Assembly (NCBI GenBank): GCA_965649295.1
Contig: CBFGKH010000007.1
Span: 1 to 56,783, forward strand
DNA length: 56,783 nucleotides
Direction: 5' to 3'
Source: a candidate division WOR-3 bacterium
GTDB taxonomy: Bacteria > Hydrothermota > Tepidihabitantia > Tepidihabitantales > Tepidihabitantaceae
Part shown: in pieces, positions 18,362 to 27,830 of the stretch
How positions within the stretch are numbered: position 1 is the stretch's first letter
Layout: every line of letters begins with the position of its first letter
Made by a program: the position numbers and the translations under genes
Notes under the pieces: model-generated
Told to the model about the DNA's origin: nothing
Database searches by the model: none
Seen by the model: only the letters and a program-made list of their open reading frames with translations

Positions 18362-18947
18362 CCAGTTTGAAGCGGGAGAACCGCCTGATGACGGTGTTCT
18401 CGCCGAACTTCGCGATGGTCTCTTTGAGATAGTCGCCGACCGTCTTCTCTGGCGCTTTGACAAAGGGCTGTTCGAGCAGGCAGACATCGGCGTAGAACTT
18501 CTCAAGCTTGCCCTGGACGATCTTTTCGATGATGTTGGCCGGCTTGCCGGTCTGAGCGACCTGTTCCTCGTAGATTCGTTTCTCGCGTTCAATGACGTCA
18601 GCCGGGATACCGTCACGGTCGATTGCCATTGGATCGGCAGCCGCAATGTGCATGGCGATGTCACGGACGAAACGACGGAATTCCTGATTGCGGGCGACGA
18701 AGTCGGTTTCGACATCGACCTCAACAAGCACGCCCAGCCGCTCGCCCGGATGGATGTAGGCGTCAATTACGCCGGCTGCTGTCGGCCGTTCAGCCTTCTT
18801 GGCAGCCTTTGCCACGCCCCGTTTGCGGAGAACTTCGATGGCCTTGTCAATGTCGCCGTTGGCCTCATTCAGTGCCGTCTTACAGTCCATGACGCCGGCG
18901 CCAGTCCGGCGTCGTAGTTCAACTACTTTGTCGGCAGGCTGACTCAT
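18354..18947 (-). CDS. tsf: Elongation factor Ts (short form)
   Basis: [19 protein letters not shown] and LLEQPFVK. Confidence 0.97.
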   Translation of the reverse strand: MSQPADKVVELRRRTGAGVMDCKTALNEANGDIDKAIEVLRKRGVAKAAKKAERPTAAGVIDAYIHPGERLGVLVEVDVETDFVARNQEFRRFVRDIAMHIAAADPMAIDRDGIPADVIEREKRIYEEQVAQTGKPANIIEKIVQGKLEKFYADVCLLEQPFVKAPEKTVGDYLKETIAKFGENTVIRRFSRFKLGE

Positions 18948-19657
18948 TGCACCTCCTCGGTCTCGCTGTCGAACTGCTTGCGTCCTTCCATGACGGCATT
19001 GGCAATAGTGCTTGTCACTAGACGGATTGAGCGCAGGGCGTCATCGTTGCCGGGAATTGGGTAGTCAATGCCTTCCGGGTCGCCGTTGGTATCAATTAGT
19101 GCAACGACAGGGATGTGGACGCGCTGCGCCTCAGCTACTGCCGTGGCCTCGCGCACTGGATCGACCACGTAGATGGCACCGGGCAGGCGGTCCATCTGCC
19201 GCAGACCAGCGAAAACGCGCAGCAACTTCTTATGCTCACGTTGTAGTAGCAGAGCCTCTTTCTTGGTGCTGTTACCATACTGATTGTCGGCAATCATCCG
19301 TTCGAGTTCGGCGAGCCGATTGATGCGGGTGGAGACGATTTCGAAGTTCGTCAGCAGCCCGCCGAGCCAGCGCTCGGTCACAAAGCAAGAGCCACAGCGG
19401 GTAGCCTCTTCTTCGATAATCGGTCGGGCCTGCTGTTTGGTGCCGACAAATAGCACGTCTTTGCCCGACTCGGTGATGTTGCGGACGGCGTCGTAGGCAA
19501 CCCGCAGCCGTTCGAGGCTCTTTTCGAGGTCGATTATGAAGATGCCCTGTTTCTTGCCGAAGATGTAGGGCTTCATCTTCGGATTCCAGCGCCGGGAATG
19601 ATGGCCGAAGTGGACTCCGGCTTCCAGCAACTGTTTGATACTTAGCGTTTGGTCCAC
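18944..19657 (-). CDS. rpsB: 30S ribosomal protein uS2
   Basis: [24 protein letters not shown] and IPGNDDA. Confidence 0.98.
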   Translation of the reverse strand: MDQTLSIKQLLEAGVHFGHHSRRWNPKMKPYIFGKKQGIFIIDLEKSLERLRVAYDAVRNITESGKDVLFVGTKQQARPIIEEEATRCGSCFVTERWLGGLLTNFEIVSTRINRLAELERMIADNQYGNSTKKEALLLQREHKKLLRVFAGLRQMDRLPGAIYVVDPVREATAVAEAQRVHIPVVALIDTNGDPEGIDYPIPGNDDALRSIRLVTSTIANAVMEGRKQFDSETEEVQ

Positions 19658-20031
19658 TGGAACCTCTTCCTTCGCTTGGCAAGGCCGTATTTCATTCTTT
19701 CTTTCTCACGGGGGTCACGTTTGAGCAAGTCCGCACTCTTGAGGGGTCGGCGCAACTCGGCGGAATGGCTGACGAGTGCGCGGGCAACGCCGAGCGCGAC
19801 AGCAGCGGCCTGAGCCGATAGTCCGCCGCCGGACACCTGGCAGCGGAGGCCGAACTGGCCGTTCGTACCGGTGGTTTTGAACGGCTCGGTGGCCGTCGCT
19901 ACGAGGTCGGCACGGCCAAAATAGGTATCAAGGGCACGGCCGTTGACAGTTGCTTCGGTGCTACCGGGAATGAGCCATACCCGGGCACTGGCAGACTTAC
20001 GGCTGCCGGTGGCAAAAAGCGTCTTAGTCAT
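19642..20031 (-). CDS. rpsI: 30S ribosomal protein uS9
   Basis: [18 protein letters not shown] and [12 protein letters not shown]. Confidence 0.97.
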   Translation of the reverse strand: MTKTLFATGSRKSASARVWLIPGSTEATVNGRALDTYFGRADLVATATEPFKTTGTNGQFGLRCQVSGGGLSAQAAAVALGVARALVSHSAELRRPLKSADLLKRDPREKERMKYGLAKRRKRFQWTKR

Positions 20032-20039
20032 GGTGAAGC

Positions 20040-20465
20040 CTACTTGATGGGCAGTAGTGCCTGGGCAGAATGGCGATGCTCGGCACCGGCGTAGATGTGC
20101 AGTCGTTTCATACGGCGGGCTTGAAGCCGGTTCTTCGGCAGCATCCGGCGGACCGCCAACTCAAGCGGCCGGGTTGGAAACCGCTCCACAATCTGCTTGT
20201 AGGTTCGCACCTTGTGGCCGCCCGGATAGAACGAATGGCGGTGGTATTCTTTGGTGTCGAACTTGGTGCCGGTCACTCGAATGCCAGCGGCGTTCACGAC
20301 GACAACATGGTCGCCGGCGTCGATGTGCGGCGTGTAGTTGGGCCGGTGCTTGCCCATCAGAATGACCGCGATTCGACTGGCAAGTCGGCCCAGCACCTGG
20401 CCGCCGGCATCAACAAGATACCAGTTGCCTTTGGCGGTCTCTTGGCGTGCGACAGAGGTCTTCAT
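20040..20465 (-). CDS. rplM: 50S ribosomal protein uL13
   Basis: LGRLAS, GKHRPNYTPHIDAGD and AVRRMLPKN. Confidence 0.98.
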   Translation of the reverse strand: MKTSVARQETAKGNWYLVDAGGQVLGRLASRIAVILMGKHRPNYTPHIDAGDHVVVVNAAGIRVTGTKFDTKEYHRHSFYPGGHKVRTYKQIVERFPTRPLELAVRRMLPKNRLQARRMKRLHIYAGAEHRHSAQALLPIK

Positions 20466-20475
20466 CGTAGCAATC

Positions 20476-20563
20476 CTTATACTTATATCATGCTGACTGT
20501 CAAGAATATCCGGTCAGGGACCAGACTGGACCCTCATCATACTGATTTTTAAGCGCGAATCAA
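20476..20563 (-). promoter_or_regulatory. Two tandem candidate promoters for the rplM operon
   Basis: TTGATT-N16-TATGAT (20563-20536) and TTGACA-N16-TATAAG (20503-20476). Confidence 0.55.
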
Positions 20564-20653
20564 TAGCCGACTTGCTGTCATTTCGGTTTACTGCTCGAGC
20601 GAACGAAACCGGCTCAGCCGGCAGTGAAGGTACAGACAGCGGTTGGTGAGCGA

Positions 20654-20749
20654 CTAGCGCAGCTTCTTCTTGTGACGGAGGGCTTTGATGCGCTTTTTGT
20701 ATTTGTGGCGTCGAATCTTGGCAAGCTTGCGTTTGCGGCCACAGGGCAT
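20654..20749 (-). CDS. 30S ribosomal protein bS22 (AURKAIP1/COX24, mS38-like), 31 aa
   Basis: Manual translation MPCGRKRKLAKIRRHKYKKRIKALRHKKKLR. GGAGG lies in the end of the HU gene. Absent from the ORF track because of its size. Confidence 0.85.
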   Translation of the reverse strand: MPCGRKRKLAKIRRHKYKKRIKALRHKKKLR

Positions 20750-20752
20750 AGG

Positions 20753-21049
20753 CTACTGACCTCCCTTCATCAGGCTGGCTTTGAGCAATCGGGATGCCTT
20801 GAATACTGGCACGCGTCGCGGCGGGATGTTGACTGGGTCTTTGGTTTTGGGGTTGCGAGCGACCTTCGGTTTACGGAGCTTGGTGGACATTACCCCGAAT
20901 CCACGGATTTCAATGCGGTTGCCTTCACGGAGCGTCTTGCAGACCTCATCAATGAACATCTGAACAATCTTGCCGACATCCCGCTTGGTTATGGCTGGAG
21001 CCATCTGCTTGGAGATTGTCTCGACAAGATCGGCTTTCGTTACGGTCAT
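20753..21049 (-). CDS. HU/IHF family DNA-binding protein
   Basis: TKADLV, IEIRGFG, ARNPKT and PVFKAS. Confidence 0.94.
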   Translation of the reverse strand: MTVTKADLVETISKQMAPAITKRDVGKIVQMFIDEVCKTLREGNRIEIRGFGVMSTKLRKPKVARNPKTKDPVNIPPRRVPVFKASRLLKASLMKGGQ

Positions 21050-21061
21050 TGTCTCACCCTC

Positions 21062-21283
21062 CTAACTGCAAGTGCTGCACTTGTGCGAGCTACAACTTGT
21101 GCAAGATTTCGATGAACTGGAAACTTTCTTTTCTGCGCCGGATACCCCGAAAACCGAAAACAGTGATGTGAGCTTTCGTTTGCCGCACTTCGGGCAGGAG
21201 ATTTTCTTTCTGTCTGCTGGTCCGAGCACAAGCTCTTCGAACCGATGGCCGCACGCGTCACACTCGAACTCACGAATAGGCAT
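21062..21283 (-). CDS. FmdB family zinc-ribbon protein
   Basis: MPIREFECDACGHRFE...CPKCG with a Cys-rich tail CTSCSSHKCSTC. Confidence 0.9.
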   Translation of the reverse strand: MPIREFECDACGHRFEELVLGPADRKKISCPKCGKRKLTSLFSVFGVSGAEKKVSSSSKSCTSCSSHKCSTCS

Positions 21284-21288
21284 AACTA

Positions 21289-21317
21289 ATTATAAAACAG
21301 AGACTTCAGACTGTCAA
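21289..21317 (-). promoter_or_regulatory. Consensus promoter of the fmdB-like/HU/bS22 unit, probably leaderless
   Basis: TTGACA-N17-TATAAT-N5-ATG with no SD. Confidence 0.8.
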
Positions 21318-21326
21318 GCCAAACGG

Positions 21327-22565
21327 CTACTCGTAGCGCAGCGCCTGGATTGGGTTGAGGCGGGCAGCGCGTGACGCGGGGTAGATGCCGAAGAACATAC
21401 CGACACCGGCCGAGAATCCGAAACCGAGCAGAATCGTCCACAACGGCGCGGCTGCGTGTAAATGCGCCGTTAGCTCAACTAGTTTCGCAATCGTCAGGCC
21501 AACAACAATCCCAACCGCGCCGCCAAAGACAGAGAGTAGCATCGATTCGAGCAGAAACTGCCAGAGGATTACTTGATTGGTTGCCCCAAGCGCCTTGCGG
21601 AGGCCGATCTCGCGGGTGCGTTCGGCGACCGCGACAAGCATGATATTCATGATGCCGATGCCACCGACTAGCAAGGAGATGCCGGCTACAGCGACCATCA
21701 CTATGTAGGCGACACGAGTGATGTTACGATAGATTTCGCGTAACGTGTCTTGGGTGTTGATGCCGAAATCGTCGGGTTTGTTGTAACCTAGGCCGCGGCG
21801 GCGGCGCAGTAACTCACGAATCTGGTCAATTGCCGCCTCAACGGTGACCCCGGGCTTGGGCATTACTTGAATCGAGACCGAGTGCTGAAGTGCCCCGAAG
21901 CCCCGTCCCGGGGTAAAGTCTTTCTCGAAGGTTGTGATTGGAACAATCACTAGGTTGTCTTGGGTCTGTCCGAGGAAACTGCCTTTGCGGGCAAGAACAC
22001 CAACGATGGTGTAGCTTCGACCTTCCAGTACCAATTGTTTGCCGAGAGGGTTCTCGGTCGGGAATAGGTTGTCAACAACATAACCGCCAGCTACGCAGAC
22101 CGAACGTTTGCGCAGGCTGTCATCGGAGTTGATGAAGCGGCCGACGTCAACCGCATAGTTGGCGACAGTTGAATAGCTAGGGGTTGACGCAACAAGCGAA
22201 ACATTTGTCACCTTGTTGCCGCGGTAGGTTATCCGGTTGAGCTGGCGAAAGCGCTGTGGCGCAACCAATGCAATTCCGGGCAGCCGGGCGATGGCAGCGG
22301 CATCGGCGGTGGTGAGTTCGCGGCGCTTCATCACTTCATCCCAGTCAATCTGTCCCATTTTCCAGGTGAATCGTTCAATCATTATTGTGTTCGTACCGAG
22401 CGAGGCAATTTGCTTCTCAACCTCGTAGTTCATGCCTTGAATCAGGGAAACGATGGCGATGACAGTCATCACGCCGATGATAATCCCAAGGGTGGTGAGG
22501 GATGAGCGGAGCTTGTGGGTGCGAAAAGTCTCAATCGCAAGTCGCAGCAGCTCGACGATGCTCAT
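21327..22565 (-). CDS. MacB/FtsX-type ABC transporter permease
   Basis: LRSSLTTLGIIIG, GGIGIMNIML..V.ERTREIGLRKALGA and GIYPASRAARLNP. Confidence 0.94.
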   Translation of the reverse strand: MSIVELLRLAIETFRTHKLRSSLTTLGIIIGVMTVIAIVSLIQGMNYEVEKQIASLGTNTIMIERFTWKMGQIDWDEVMKRRELTTADAAAIARLPGIALVAPQRFRQLNRITYRGNKVTNVSLVASTPSYSTVANYAVDVGRFINSDDSLRKRSVCVAGGYVVDNLFPTENPLGKQLVLEGRSYTIVGVLARKGSFLGQTQDNLVIVPITTFEKDFTPGRGFGALQHSVSIQVMPKPGVTVEAAIDQIRELLRRRRGLGYNKPDDFGINTQDTLREIYRNITRVAYIVMVAVAGISLLVGGIGIMNIMLVAVAERTREIGLRKALGATNQVILWQFLLESMLLSVFGGAVGIVVGLTIAKLVELTAHLHAAAPLWTILLGFGFSAGVGMFFGIYPASRAARLNPIQALRYE

Positions 22566-22568
22566 CGA

Positions 22569-23252
22569 TCAGTTGACAACCACACCATCGCTGAGCCGAA
22601 TAATGCGCCGGGTATGACTGGCGACGGTGTGGTCGTGAGTAACGATGATGATTGTATTCCCGCTGGCAGCAAGGTCATCGAAAAGCGACATGATTTCGTT
22701 ACCGGTGCGTGAGTCGAGATTGCCGGTTGGTTCATCGGCAAGGATGATACGGGGCTGATTGGCTAGGGCACGGGCAATCGCAACGCGCTGCATCTCTCCG
22801 CCGGACAGTTCATTGGGCCGGTGTTTCATTCGTTCCTTGAGTCCGACCAGGGAGAGGAGTTCAGCTGCTCGGGCAGCACGCTGCTTGGGTGCAATGCCGG
22901 CATAGACCATCGGCAACTGGACATTGGCTTCAGCGGTAAGACGCGGCAGCAGGTTGAAGCTCTGGAATACAAAACCGATCTCGCGGTTGCGGAGCCGCGC
23001 CAATTCCTCATCGTTTAGCGTTGTGACATCGCGGCCGTCGAACCAGTAACGGCCAGCAGTCGGGGTATCAAGACAGCCAAGCAGGTGCATCAGTGTTGAC
23101 TTGCCCGAGCCTGATGCGCCCATTAGGGCAACGTATTCGCCGGTGTTGACGGTGAGCGTCACGCCGGCCAAGGCCCGAACTTCGACCTTACCAGTGAAGT
23201 AGCTCTTGGTCAAATTTTCAGTACGAATCAGCACGGGCGCCGGCTGCGGCAT
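22569..23252 (-). CDS. MacB/LolD-type ABC ATP-binding protein
   Basis: GASGSGKST, LSGGEMQRVAIARAL and ADEPTGNLD. Confidence 0.96.
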   Translation of the reverse strand: MPQPAPVLIRTENLTKSYFTGKVEVRALAGVTLTVNTGEYVALMGASGSGKSTLMHLLGCLDTPTAGRYWFDGRDVTTLNDEELARLRNREIGFVFQSFNLLPRLTAEANVQLPMVYAGIAPKQRAARAAELLSLVGLKERMKHRPNELSGGEMQRVAIARALANQPRIILADEPTGNLDSRTGNEIMSLFDDLAASGNTIIIVTHDHTVASHTRRIIRLSDGVVVN

Positions 23253-23258
23253 CGGCAG

Positions 23259-24380
23259 CTACTTGGCAGTCGTGATGGTCGAATCGGTCTTGAGGCGGGG
23301 CAAGACCCGCCGGCCATCGGTCAGTTTGGTGAGGGTCTTGTAGGGCCCAACGATCACTTCGTCACCCGGTTTGACACCGTCGAGTACTTCAATGTCAGTG
23401 TCGCTGGCCCGACCGGTTCGGATCGGTACGAGCACGGCCTTGCCGTCGCGGACCAAAAAGACGGTTTCGGTCTCACGGCCGTCGTACTCGCGGCGGCCGG
23501 CAGCCTGAATTGGAATGATGAGGACGCTGTCGAGTTCAGCAGTGATGATGTCGGCACGTACAGTCATTCCCGGGCGGAGGCTGGCAACAACTGAGTCAAT
23601 AGTGAGCTCGACTTCAAAAGTTGTCGCCCGGTCGGTGGTGGTTGTCAGCAGTGGTTGCGATGGCATGTAACTGACCCTGATGACCTGACCGGCGAACACC
23701 GAGTCCGGAATGGCGTCCACGCGGATGTCAGCTCGCTGGCCCGGTATGACAGTAACGATGTCAGCTTCATTCACATTGACCCGCGCCCGCATCCGGGACA
23801 TGTCAGCGATTACCATCAGTACGGTGCCGGGGTTGTTCATCGTGCCGATGAGGACGGTTTCGCCTTCTTTGATGTTCACTTGAGCAACGGTGCCAGAGAT
23901 TGGGGCCAGCAGAGTTGTCTTGTCGAACTGGTCCTGGGCCTGATCGAGCTGCGCCAGTGCCATCTCATAGTTGGCCTTGGCAGCCTCGTAGTTTTCGGCA
24001 GAAACGAGTCGCGCCTGATAGAGGCTCTCAATTCGGCCGAAGCTCAGTTGTGCTTGGTCGTAGCGGGCGCGAGCTAGAGCAAGGTTCGCTGCGTGGCTGC
24101 GGCGGTCGAGTTCGAGCAGAACATCACCGCGATGGACGAAATCACCCTCGGCCACGTGGAGCTTGGCAACAGTACCCACTATTTGGGCCTGGAGATTTAC
24201 CTGGGTCTGGGCCTCGAGTTCGCCAGTCGCCGAGACCTTCGACAGTATCTTGCCGTAGCCGACCTTCTTGGTATCAACCGTCTCGCCAGTCGGTCGGCGG
24301 GTCACATTCCCGACCACAATCAGCCCAAGTACAACAACAATCCCGCCGACAATCAGAACCGTTCGAGTGCGTTTCTTCAT
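23259..24380 (-). CDS. Periplasmic adaptor (MacA-like membrane fusion protein)
   Basis: N-terminal anchor, VAEGDFVHRGDVL, APISGTV, VNEADI and LRPGMT. Confidence 0.93.
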   Translation of the reverse strand: MKKRTRTVLIVGGIVVVLGLIVVGNVTRRPTGETVDTKKVGYGKILSKVSATGELEAQTQVNLQAQIVGTVAKLHVAEGDFVHRGDVLLELDRRSHAANLALARARYDQAQLSFGRIESLYQARLVSAENYEAAKANYEMALAQLDQAQDQFDKTTLLAPISGTVAQVNIKEGETVLIGTMNNPGTVLMVIADMSRMRARVNVNEADIVTVIPGQRADIRVDAIPDSVFAGQVIRVSYMPSQPLLTTTTDRATTFEVELTIDSVVASLRPGMTVRADIITAELDSVLIIPIQAAGRREYDGRETETVFLVRDGKAVLVPIRTGRASDTDIEVLDGVKPGDEVIVGPYKTLTKLTDGRRVLPRLKTDSTITTAK

Positions 24381-24389
24381 CGTCTGTTC

Positions 24390-25667
24390 CTATTTGCCGG
24401 TGATGCCCAGAAGGTAGGCTATCTCGGCGGCCTGAATGTAAACATCGCAGAGGGCTGCGATATGACTCGCCTGAGCCTGAGCCAGGCTTGTTTCGACACT
24501 CTGGAAATCGGTTAGCGAAATGCTGCCAAGGCGGTGCTGTTCCTCGGCGAGGCGGAAGAGCTCCTGATTCAGTTCGAGGTTGCGGCGGGCATAATCAAGT
24601 CGCTGCCGTGATTCCTCGTAACCGAGAATAGCGGCAGTTACCGTTGCGCGTAATCCGAGTCGGGCACGGAGCGCGCCAGCGCGAGCCCGGCGGGCCTCAG
24701 TAGCAGCCGCGGCAATGTCGAGCAGGTAGGACTTGATATCGAGGAGCGGAAAGCCCAGACGAATACCCCAGGATATCTGGTCGTGGTCTTGCCAGCCGCT
24801 GGGGCTGCGCGGTGGCAATGAGTCTAGGTAGTTGGTACTCCAGGAAGCCGAGACCTGGGGCAGGGCACGAGCAATCGCCGCGGCAACACTCACTCGGGCC
24901 GCAGTTTGCGCTCGTTCTGCCAAACGGACTCCTGGGTTCTGATTCATTACTAGTTGCAGCAGACTGTCCTCATCGTAGGGGTTCGAGTCGGGGGGACTGA
25001 CGAGTTCTTCGGTGGGTCGGATGCAAATCGATTCGGTTAGGCCGAGCGTAGCCAGAAAGGCAGCGTTGGCGGCAGCAAGCGCCTTGTTGGCAGTAAGTAG
25101 CTCAATCTCGGCTTGAGAACGGAAGGCCTGTGCCCGGAGGACATCGATAGGCGAGGACGAACCGAGACGGAGTTTCTCCTGGTTTAGATTGAGATTGTCA
25201 GTGGCCCGGGCAAGAGAGGCTGCCGCTACTTCTTGCAGCCGCTGGACCTTGAGGAGATTCAAGTAGTCAACAATCACATCGCGACCCAGTCGTGCCTGTT
25301 TGTCTCGGGCTTCGACACTGCTCGTACCCGAGTTAATGAATAAGTTGATGACGTTGGCAAACAGTTGCGGATCGAAGATCACCTGGCTAAGTGTCAGGCT
25401 GCCGGTCCAACCCTTCTCTACCAAGGTTGTGTCGGGAAGGTAGGGCATTCTTGTTTCGCTACGGCCGTAGCTGAGCGAGCCAGACAGAGTCGGCAGCAGA
25501 ATTGCGACGCCCTGAGCCGCACGAACTAGGCCCTGACTGCGGGTGGCCGCGATTTCGATTTGGGCTGGGCTACTGCGCAAAGCAATCGCCAGTGCCTCAT
25601 CAATGGAGAGATCGAGCGTCTCCGGCAACGCCGCCAAGGCGGTAATAGTGAGAAGTAGTGGTAGCAC
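24390..25667 (-). CDS. TolC family outer membrane efflux protein
   Basis: Signal peptide, LSIDEALAIAL and duplicated helical repeats. Start placed at GTG 25667, after the Yip1 stop with GGAG upstream. Confidence 0.85.
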   Translation of the reverse strand: MLPLLLTITALAALPETLDLSIDEALAIALRSSPAQIEIAATRSQGLVRAAQGVAILLPTLSGSLSYGRSETRMPYLPDTTLVEKGWTGSLTLSQVIFDPQLFANVINLFINSGTSSVEARDKQARLGRDVIVDYLNLLKVQRLQEVAAASLARATDNLNLNQEKLRLGSSSPIDVLRAQAFRSQAEIELLTANKALAAANAAFLATLGLTESICIRPTEELVSPPDSNPYDEDSLLQLVMNQNPGVRLAERAQTAARVSVAAAIARALPQVSASWSTNYLDSLPPRSPSGWQDHDQISWGIRLGFPLLDIKSYLLDIAAAATEARRARAGALRARLGLRATVTAAILGYEESRQRLDYARRNLELNQELFRLAEEQHRLGSISLTDFQSVETSLAQAQASHIAALCDVYIQAAEIAYLLGITGK

Positions 25668-25669
25668 AG

Positions 25670-26353
25670 CTAGGCTCCGGTGCGAACTGTGCCGCCCAGC
25701 AATGCCAACACCAGGGTCAGAACGCCCCAGATGCTGAAGACCAGCCACCAGGACCGATTGCCAGGAATATCGAAGACAACCTTGAGACCGAGGCCAGCAA
25801 GGATGAGCTGCCAGAGGGTGAAGAGGTCGATGCGGCTGAGAATGACGGTGAGAAATGGCGATTTGAGATTGGGGAAGGCAACGAGCAGACTGGTTGAGAC
25901 CTGGGCTGATTTTGTGACTAGCGCGAGGGGGATGCGGACGAGTGCTGAAGGCAGGGCAACGAGGCCGGACATGGCTACGACTGAGAGAGTGCGGTGGAAG
26001 TTGCCGTCAACACCAAGCAAGGGGAGGCAGATGTTGTAGATCAGCGCCAGGAAGAAAACGCTGACGAGCGAGGTGATGAGAGCACCGACGAGCGGCGCAC
26101 CGTAGCGCAGCAGTGGGCTCGCGGCGAACCGGTCCATGCCAGCAATAGCCTGCTCAATTTCCTCCGCAGACATGTTGCGTGCTTTCATCCGTTCGACAGC
26201 GGTTGCCCGCTGTTCCTCCCAGTTGACGTAGCGAGCAGTTACAAAGGTGACGGCGAGGTTGGCAATGATTGCAAGAACCAACGGGAGCAGCCAGACCGGC
26301 CGGTCTTTGAGGCGTTGGAACGCGGTTACGGGCGAGGCATAGATGGCAAACAT
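25670..26353 (-). CDS. Yip1 domain membrane protein (YknW-like)
   Basis: SPVTAFQRLKDRPVWLLPL, about five TM helices and DLFTLW. SD AAGGAG before the ATG at 26353. Confidence 0.8.
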   Translation of the reverse strand: MFAIYASPVTAFQRLKDRPVWLLPLVLAIIANLAVTFVTARYVNWEEQRATAVERMKARNMSAEEIEQAIAGMDRFAASPLLRYGAPLVGALITSLVSVFFLALIYNICLPLLGVDGNFHRTLSVVAMSGLVALPSALVRIPLALVTKSAQVSTSLLVAFPNLKSPFLTVILSRIDLFTLWQLILAGLGLKVVFDIPGNRSWWLVFSIWGVLTLVLALLGGTVRTGA

Positions 26354-26384
26354 CAATGAACTCCTTGGAGGTGAGTGGCCCTCG

Positions 26385-27782
26385 TCAACGTCGTTTGACC
26401 TGAACGCGGCCGGTGTGCTGAGCATCGTGACGGTATTGTGGCCAGAAGGTGGTGGCCGGTGGCCCGTCGCCACGCAAGCAATAGATACCGCCATCCCACG
26501 ATGTCACGTAGACGCTACCGTCGGGGCCGATTGTCGGCGAGCCCGAGTAGTAAACATCCTTTGACCCGGCGATAAGCTCACGTGAGTAGAGAAGTTGGCC
26601 GCTGGCCGTAAAAGCGTAGAGCGTACCGTCGTCCGGGAGGAAGTAAACGGTACCTTTGTCGCTGACTGCCGGTGTGGCGATGACGATGTCAATTGCCTCG
26701 TGGAGAATCTCTGGTGTGCCTCCTGGCCGCTTGCGAATGCAGTAGTCGCCGTCGGAGCCGAAGTAAAGGGTACCGTCAAGGCCGACGGCTACTTCGGTAC
26801 GAATCTCATCTTCCTCAGGTGCGGGTGCGCGCCAGCGCAGTCGTCCGTCAGGACCAATGCAGTAGAGGTGGCCGTCGGTGTTGCCAGCATAGACCAGTCC
26901 TTGCGGGTCAGGGATGGCAGCGGCAAAGAAGTAGTCGCCATCCGGAGCGCCAAAAGCCCAGCGTCGGCGCCCTTTGGCGTCAAAGCAGTAAACCGAGTCA
27001 GCGGTCTGGTAGATGAGGCCATTGGCGCCGATTGTTGCTGGGGCAGCGATTTCGTCACCAAGTTTTCTCTGCCATCGCACCTTGCCCGTGCTGGTCAGAG
27101 CCACCAAGGTGCCAAGGTCAGTACCGATGTAGAGGTCACCGTTGGCAGCAACTGCGGGCGGAGCATAAAGTGCGTCGCCCAGCCCCGTCTTCCAGATCGG
27201 TTTGCCGGTTGTGTCAACGCAATAGAGTGTCGAATCGAGCGAAGCAAAGTAAACCCGATTGCCGACGATGACCGGGGCCGCGTAGATGGCATCCCGGGCT
27301 TTGGTTGTCCAGCGTAGCGTACCATCAGGCCGAAGTGAGTAGAGAGTGCCGCTTTCGTCACCAAAATAGACGTTACCCTTCTCGTCCAGGCTGGCTGCAC
27401 CGACAACCGGGTCTTCGCTGGGAATGAAAGACCATTTGAGGATGGGCTCGCCGACGGTGATGGAGCGTGGTCTTGACCAGGTCGAGATTGTGCCAGCCGC
27501 ATCGCGGAGGCGGGCTGTCACCTGGTAGGTGCCCAGTGCCCGATAGCGATGATAGGCAGGAACGTCCATGTAATGCTGGACCGGACCTTGCCAATCGAGC
27601 GTGTCGCCGTCACCCCAGGCGATTTGAAACCAAACCGGGAGCGGTCCGGGTTCAGGCGCAAAGAAGCTTACTTGAACATCAACGAGCGTGTCAGCCCAAA
27701 GCGGCACAATGAGCGATTCTGGTGCTGGCAATTGAGCGGTCCCAGCCAGCAGGCCAAGAATCAGGGTAACGGTTGAAATCAC
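26385..27782 (-). CDS. Secreted PKD-like plus PQQ-repeat (BamB-like) beta-propeller protein
   Basis: Signal peptide, WGDG, repeated VYFG..DG.LY....DG..RW blades and C-terminal WPQYRHDAQHTG. Confidence 0.85.
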   Translation of the reverse strand: MISTVTLILGLLAGTAQLPAPESLIVPLWADTLVDVQVSFFAPEPGPLPVWFQIAWGDGDTLDWQGPVQHYMDVPAYHRYRALGTYQVTARLRDAAGTISTWSRPRSITVGEPILKWSFIPSEDPVVGAASLDEKGNVYFGDESGTLYSLRPDGTLRWTTKARDAIYAAPVIVGNRVYFASLDSTLYCVDTTGKPIWKTGLGDALYAPPAVAANGDLYIGTDLGTLVALTSTGKVRWQRKLGDEIAAPATIGANGLIYQTADSVYCFDAKGRRRWAFGAPDGDYFFAAAIPDPQGLVYAGNTDGHLYCIGPDGRLRWRAPAPEEDEIRTEVAVGLDGTLYFGSDGDYCIRKRPGGTPEILHEAIDIVIATPAVSDKGTVYFLPDDGTLYAFTASGQLLYSRELIAGSKDVYYSGSPTIGPDGSVYVTSWDGGIYCLRGDGPPATTFWPQYRHDAQHTGRVQVKRR

Positions 27783-27830
27783 AATGACCTCCGAAGTTTA
27801 CTCCATAAGCTAGCTGACAGGTTTCGGCTG

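Noticed and set aside
17678..18766. 362-aa ORF suggesting a PyrH fusion
   Set aside because: The extension is an alternative frame inside tsf. PyrH similarity starts near 18361. The same reasoning applies to the long starts listed for cdsA, TolC, Yip1, rplJ and M23.
26385..27420. Repetitive texture in the propeller gene as a DNA repeat array
   Set aside because: Explained by protein-level PQQ-type blades.
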